Assembly (NCBI GenBank): GCA_963733035.1
Contig: CAVTBU010000010.1
Location: 1 to 64,000, forward strand
Direction: 5' to 3'
DNA: 64,000 nt
From: Pirellulales bacterium
GTDB lineage: Bacteria; Planctomycetota; Planctomycetia; Pirellulales; PALSA-1355
The position numbers and the translations under genes are program-made. The number at the start of each line of letters is the position of its first letter. Positions within the stretch are counted from its first letter, which is position 1. Shown here piece after piece: positions 60,113 to 64,000 of the stretch. The notes under the pieces were generated by a model. It did no database searches and was not told the DNA's origin. It worked only from the letters and a program-made list of their open reading frames with translations.

Positions 60113-60226
60113 ATGGCACGTTGGCCGCGACACGTTTGGACCTCGATCATCACTTACGGGATGATTTTTGGCCTGTTTCCGCTCCTTTGCGTGCTGGCCG
60201 TGGCCTACGTGCGCGGTTGGTTTTAG
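60113..60226 (+). CDS. Small 37-aa single-pass membrane protein (below ORF-track cutoff)
   Basis: MARWPRHVWTSIITYGMIFGLFPLLCVLAVAYVRGWF*; GGGA upstream of ATG. Confidence 0.55.
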   Translation: MARWPRHVWTSIITYGMIFGLFPLLCVLAVAYVRGWF

Positions 60227-60279
60227 CCGATTTCGAACCGGCCGCCTTGATTGCCATTTCGCCCGGAGACCGCGTCACC

Positions 60280-61689
60280 GTGACACTCAGCAAGGATGAA
60301 TTGCAGGCCCGCCTGGCGCCGTTCGACCAGGAGCACGTGCTGGCATTTTGGGACGAGCTCGACGAGGCCAGCCGCCAGCGCCTGGCGTCACAGTTGGCCA
60401 ACATCGACTTCCGATTGCTCCGCGGGTTGTATCAGGGCGGCGTCGTGGCCGAGGACTGGACCGCGCTTGCGCTCCGCTCGCACACGCCGCCGGCCCGACG
60501 GTTGCACGAGCCGCAGGCCTCGGTCACCGCGGAACAGGCCGAACAGCTGGGGCTTGAGGCCTTGGCCGCTGGACATGTGGGCGTGGTCATCGTGGCCGGA
60601 GGGCAGGGGACTCGACTGGGCTTCGAACACCCCAAGGGGATGTACAAGATCGGTCCGGTGTCGGGGGCGTCGCTGTTTCAGATACTATTGGAGAAGATTG
60701 CCGCTCGGGCGCGCGTGGCCGGCATGCGGATTCCGCTTTACTTGATGACCAGCCCCGCCACGCACGATGAAACCGTGGCCTATCTCGAAGAGCAACAAAG
60801 GTTCGGGTTGCCCAGCGAAGACGTGAAGGTATTTTGCCAGGGAACGATGCCCGCGGTTGATGCGAGCACCGGTCGCTTGCTGATGACTTCCAGGAGCGAG
60901 TTGGCGCTCAGCCCCGATGGACATGGCGGCACGCTCCGCGCGCTATCTACCAGCGGCTGCCTGGCCGACATGCGAGCCCGCGAGCTCAAACAGTTGTTTT
61001 ATTGCCAGGTAGACAATCCCCTGGTGGAAATGTGCGACCCGCGGTTTGTCGGTTATCACTTGCAGGCCGGATCGGAAATGTCGACCCAGGTAGTGGCCAA
61101 GCGCCACGCGCGCGAACGGGTTGGCAACGTGGTGTCGATCGATGGCCACCTCCGAATTCTGGAATATAGCGATCTCAATCCGTTGGACGATGAGATTGTT
61201 GAACGCCGCGCCCCAGACGGTTCACGCGTGTTTTGGGCGGGTAATACCGCGTGCCACGTATTCGACGTGGCGTTTCTGGAGCGGATGGCGGCCAGTGGTA
61301 CGGCGCTACCGTTTCATGTCGCCCGCAAAACGGTTTCGCACATCGACGCCTCGGGCAGCGCAGTCGAGCCGCGCGAGCCGAACGCGATCAAGTTTGAGCG
61401 GTTTATCTTCGATCTGCTGCCTGAGGCCCGCCAGGCGATCGTGGTGGAAGTCGATCCGCAGCTGACGTTCGCTCCGATCAAGAACGCACCAGGTGAGTCG
61501 TTTGACAGCCCCGAGACGGTGCAGGCACAGATGATAGCGTTGCACGCCGACTGGCTGCGGTCGGCCGGCTGCAAGGTGACCGACGGCGTCCCGGTCGAAA
61601 TCAGCCCGCTGTTTGCCCAAAACGCGGCGGAGGTCGCCGCCCAGATCCGGCCGGGACTGGCCGTGACGGCACCGCACTACTTCTGCTAG
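60280..61689 (+). CDS. UDPGP type 1 family nucleotidyltransferase (UDP-glucose/UDP-GlcNAc pyrophosphorylase, UAP1-like)
   Basis: AGGQGTRLGFEHPKG, SPDGHGG, QVDNPL, LEYSD, KFERFIFD, FAPIKN. GTG 60280 preferred over 60061. Confidence 0.92.
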   Translation: MTLSKDELQARLAPFDQEHVLAFWDELDEASRQRLASQLANIDFRLLRGLYQGGVVAEDWTALALRSHTPPARRLHEPQASVTAEQAEQLGLEALAAGHVGVVIVAGGQGTRLGFEHPKGMYKIGPVSGASLFQILLEKIAARARVAGMRIPLYLMTSPATHDETVAYLEEQQRFGLPSEDVKVFCQGTMPAVDASTGRLLMTSRSELALSPDGHGGTLRALSTSGCLADMRARELKQLFYCQVDNPLVEMCDPRFVGYHLQAGSEMSTQVVAKRHARERVGNVVSIDGHLRILEYSDLNPLDDEIVERRAPDGSRVFWAGNTACHVFDVAFLERMAASGTALPFHVARKTVSHIDASGSAVEPREPNAIKFERFIFDLLPEARQAIVVEVDPQLTFAPIKNAPGESFDSPETVQAQMIALHADWLRSAGCKVTDGVPVEISPLFAQNAAEVAAQIRPGLAVTAPHYFC

Positions 61690-61876
61690 CCTATCGGGCG
61701 GTTGGTCTGATAACGCGGAAGTTGGTTTGCCACCAAAGTCAGGGTCGACCGAGAGGAACGCAAGAGCAGATCGAATCGCGCATAGCAGGTCGACTTTGCT
61801 TTTCTCAGTGACCTCCGTGGCCGACCTCTCTTAGTCTCTTTCGCGGTTGCTTCAATTTCAGGGCGATGACTTCAAT

Positions 61877-62944
61877 ATGTTGCATGCGGTGATCATGGCG
61901 GGCGGAAGTGGGACGCGGTTCTGGCCCGAGAGCCGAGGTTCGCGGCCGAAGCAGCTGTTGCGCCTGGTGGGGGAGCGGACCATGATCCAGTCGACGGTCG
62001 ATCGACTGGAGTCATTGGTGCCGGCCGACCGCGTGCTGATCGTAACCAACGCCGGCCTGGTCGATGAGATTTGGAACCAACTTCCGCAGTTGTCGCCGCG
62101 GGCTTTGATTGGCGAACCGTGCCGACGCGACACGGCACCCTGCATCGGCCTGGCCGCCTTGGAAATTGTGCGCCGCGACCCGGAGGGGATCATGGCCGTG
62201 ATGCCCTCGGACCAGGTCATCTCGCCCGACGATAAATTCCGCAGTGCAATTTTGCAGGCCCAGCGACTGGTCGAACAGTCGCCCGAGCGAATCGTGACGT
62301 TCGGCATCAAGCCCACGTATCCGGCCGAATCGTTCGGATACATCGAGCGGGGCGAGTCGTTGGCCGACGGGGTGTATCGCGTGCGGCAATTTCGCGAAAA
62401 GCCGCAGGCGGATATCGCCCGCGGATACGTGGCGACGGGAACCTTCTACTGGAACTCCGGCATCTTCGTTTGGAAGGCGGCCACGATCTTGAGCGCGCTC
62501 GAAGCGCGGCAACCGGCAATGGTGGCACGATTGCGCACCATTGCCGGGGCGGTCGACGGTGCGAACTATCAGGAGGTGTTCGAGCGCGAGTTCGCGGCGA
62601 TCGAGGGTATCTCGATCGACTACGCCGTGATGGAACACGCCACGGACGTGGCCGTGATCGAAGCGCCGTTCGCCTGGGACGACGTCGGCAGTTGGCAGGC
62701 CATCTCTCGGCTGCAAGGCACCGATTCCGAGGGGAACACCGTCTCGGCCAGGCATCTGGGTTTGCACACTCGAGGTACGATCGTGCGCGGCCGGCCAGGC
62801 CATCTGGTGGTGACGCTGGGGGTGGAGGACCTGATCGTGGTACATACGCCCGACGCCACGCTGGTGGCCAACAAGCACGACGAAGAAGCGATCAGGCAAC
62901 TGGTGAAGCTGATTGCCGAGCGCGGCTGGCAAGAGTACCTTTGA
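61877..62944 (+). CDS. manC: Mannose-1-phosphate guanylyltransferase
   Basis: VIMAGGSGTRFWPESR..PKQLL, EPCRRDTAP, FGYI, WNSGIF, SIDYAVME, WDDVGSW. Confidence 0.93.
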   Translation: MLHAVIMAGGSGTRFWPESRGSRPKQLLRLVGERTMIQSTVDRLESLVPADRVLIVTNAGLVDEIWNQLPQLSPRALIGEPCRRDTAPCIGLAALEIVRRDPEGIMAVMPSDQVISPDDKFRSAILQAQRLVEQSPERIVTFGIKPTYPAESFGYIERGESLADGVYRVRQFREKPQADIARGYVATGTFYWNSGIFVWKAATILSALEARQPAMVARLRTIAGAVDGANYQEVFEREFAAIEGISIDYAVMEHATDVAVIEAPFAWDDVGSWQAISRLQGTDSEGNTVSARHLGLHTRGTIVRGRPGHLVVTLGVEDLIVVHTPDATLVANKHDEEAIRQLVKLIAERGWQEYL

Positions 62945-62954
62945 AGGTGAAGCA

Positions 62955-64000
62955 GTGAACCGACGCCATTTTACCGCTACCTTTCTGGCCGCCCTCGGCA
63001 GCCTTTGGCACGTGCGCAACGTGGGAGCGCAAGACGTGGAACTCGACCAATCGTCCACTGGCCGCTTCAATGCCGTGGCGCCCACGCTGGGTGGCAAACA
63101 GTTTTGGGCTGACGAATTGTTCTTTCACGACTGGCACATCCAACGGAATGTCTTTTCGGGCCACTGTCGCCTGCTCGACGGTTACAATCTGCGTCATGCC
63201 TGGGGCACGTTCGACGAGTGCCGCAACAAGTTGGAGGCGATCAGGCTTGAGCGCCACTTGGAACCGATGCGCGGCCGGGCGGTAGTCGTTTTGCACGGTT
63301 TGTTTCGCACGCCCTCGTCGATGAATCGCCTCTGCCGCTACTTGCACGAAGAAGGCGGTTACTCGGTGTTCAACGTGAGCTATCCGACGACCCAGGGCAG
63401 CATGGCTGATCATGCCCGCTCGCTCGATCGAATTGTGGAGAACCTGGACGGAATCGAGGAAATTAACTTCGTGGGGCACAGCCTGGGCAATCTCGTGGTG
63501 CGGCACTACCTGGGCGATCACACGCAGCCGGAGGCGGGCATATCGCCCGATCCGCGCATTAAGCGGATCGTGATGTTGGGTCCACCCAATCAAGGCGCCG
63601 AGATTGCCGACGCGCTCTCCGGCGTGGGCTTGTTCCACAAGGTGACGGGGACGGTGGGGAGCGAGCTATCGAGCAAATGGCAACAACTGGAACCAAAGCT
63701 GGCGATTCCGGCCTGCGAGTTCGGCATTCTGGCCGGCGGCCGCAATGAGAAGAAGGGCTTTAACCCTTGGCTCACGGGAGATAACGATCTGGTGGTGAAC
63801 GTCGAGACGACCCGATTGCCGGGAGCGACCGATTTCGCCGTGCTGCCGGTGTTGCATTCGTTCATGATGAACGATCGCACGGTGCTCGAGTACACGCTCC
63901 GGTTTCTCGAGTTCGGCTACTTCGTGTCGGCCCAGGCCCGCCGGCCCATTCCGCGCGAGGCCGAATCGCAACTGGTGCGCGAGCCCCACGGCACGCATTG
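62955..64000 (+). CDS. Tat-exported alpha/beta hydrolase (lipase/esterase-like); stop codon falls at or beyond the window edge
   Basis: Read manually: MNRRHFTATFLAAL leader, VVLHGLFR, FVGHSLG, MLGPPNQGA, NDLVV, HSFMM. Absent from the ORF track because no stop lies inside the window. Confidence 0.85.
   Translation, partial: MNRRHFTATFLAALGSLWHVRNVGAQDVELDQSSTGRFNAVAPTLGGKQFWADELFFHDWHIQRNVFSGHCRLLDGYNLRHAWGTFDECRNKLEAIRLERHLEPMRGRAVVVLHGLFRTPSSMNRLCRYLHEEGGYSVFNVSYPTTQGSMADHARSLDRIVENLDGIEEINFVGHSLGNLVVRHYLGDHTQPEAGISPDPRIKRIVMLGPPNQGAEIADALSGVGLFHKVTGTVGSELSSKWQQLEPKLAIPACEFGILAGGRNEKKGFNPWLTGDNDLVVNVETTRLPGATDFAVLPVLHSFMMNDRTVLEYTLRFLEFGYFVSAQARRPIPREAESQLVREPHGTH

Overview
A GC-rich bacterial chromosomal segment, most likely Planctomycetota (Pirellulales-like). 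The taxonomic call is inference from two PQQ/BamB-type beta-propeller proteins, a DUF1559-style prepilin leader, PEP-CTERM proteins, HEAT repeats, an enlarged SecA and a eukaryote-type UDP-sugar pyrophosphorylase. About 45 protein genes are supported. Housekeeping genes include nadB, secA, waaA, metK, a Prc-type protease, a CbiX chelatase and a mannose-1-phosphate guanylyltransferase. Other loci are a Gld-like ABC operon, a PaaK-like/DUF1445/cysteine desulfurase-like/DUF971 operon next to an MFS transporter and a fused 5-oxoprolinase, a MerR metal regulator with its operator, a ParE-type toxin-antitoxin pair, and a TPR-glycosyltransferase plus FkbM pair. At least 12 one- or two-base frameshifts break otherwise intact genes, including secA, and look like long-read consensus errors. 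No rRNA, tRNA, CRISPR array or transposase was recognised. The most unusual signals are a prepilin-leader protein fused to a CreD-like membrane domain, a 160-bp multi-hairpin MITE-like element upstream of it, a MerR operon with a Cys-rich exported protein, a structured anti-SD leader before metK, and an unannotated 37-aa membrane peptide gene. No single clearly novel system can be proven from sequence alone.
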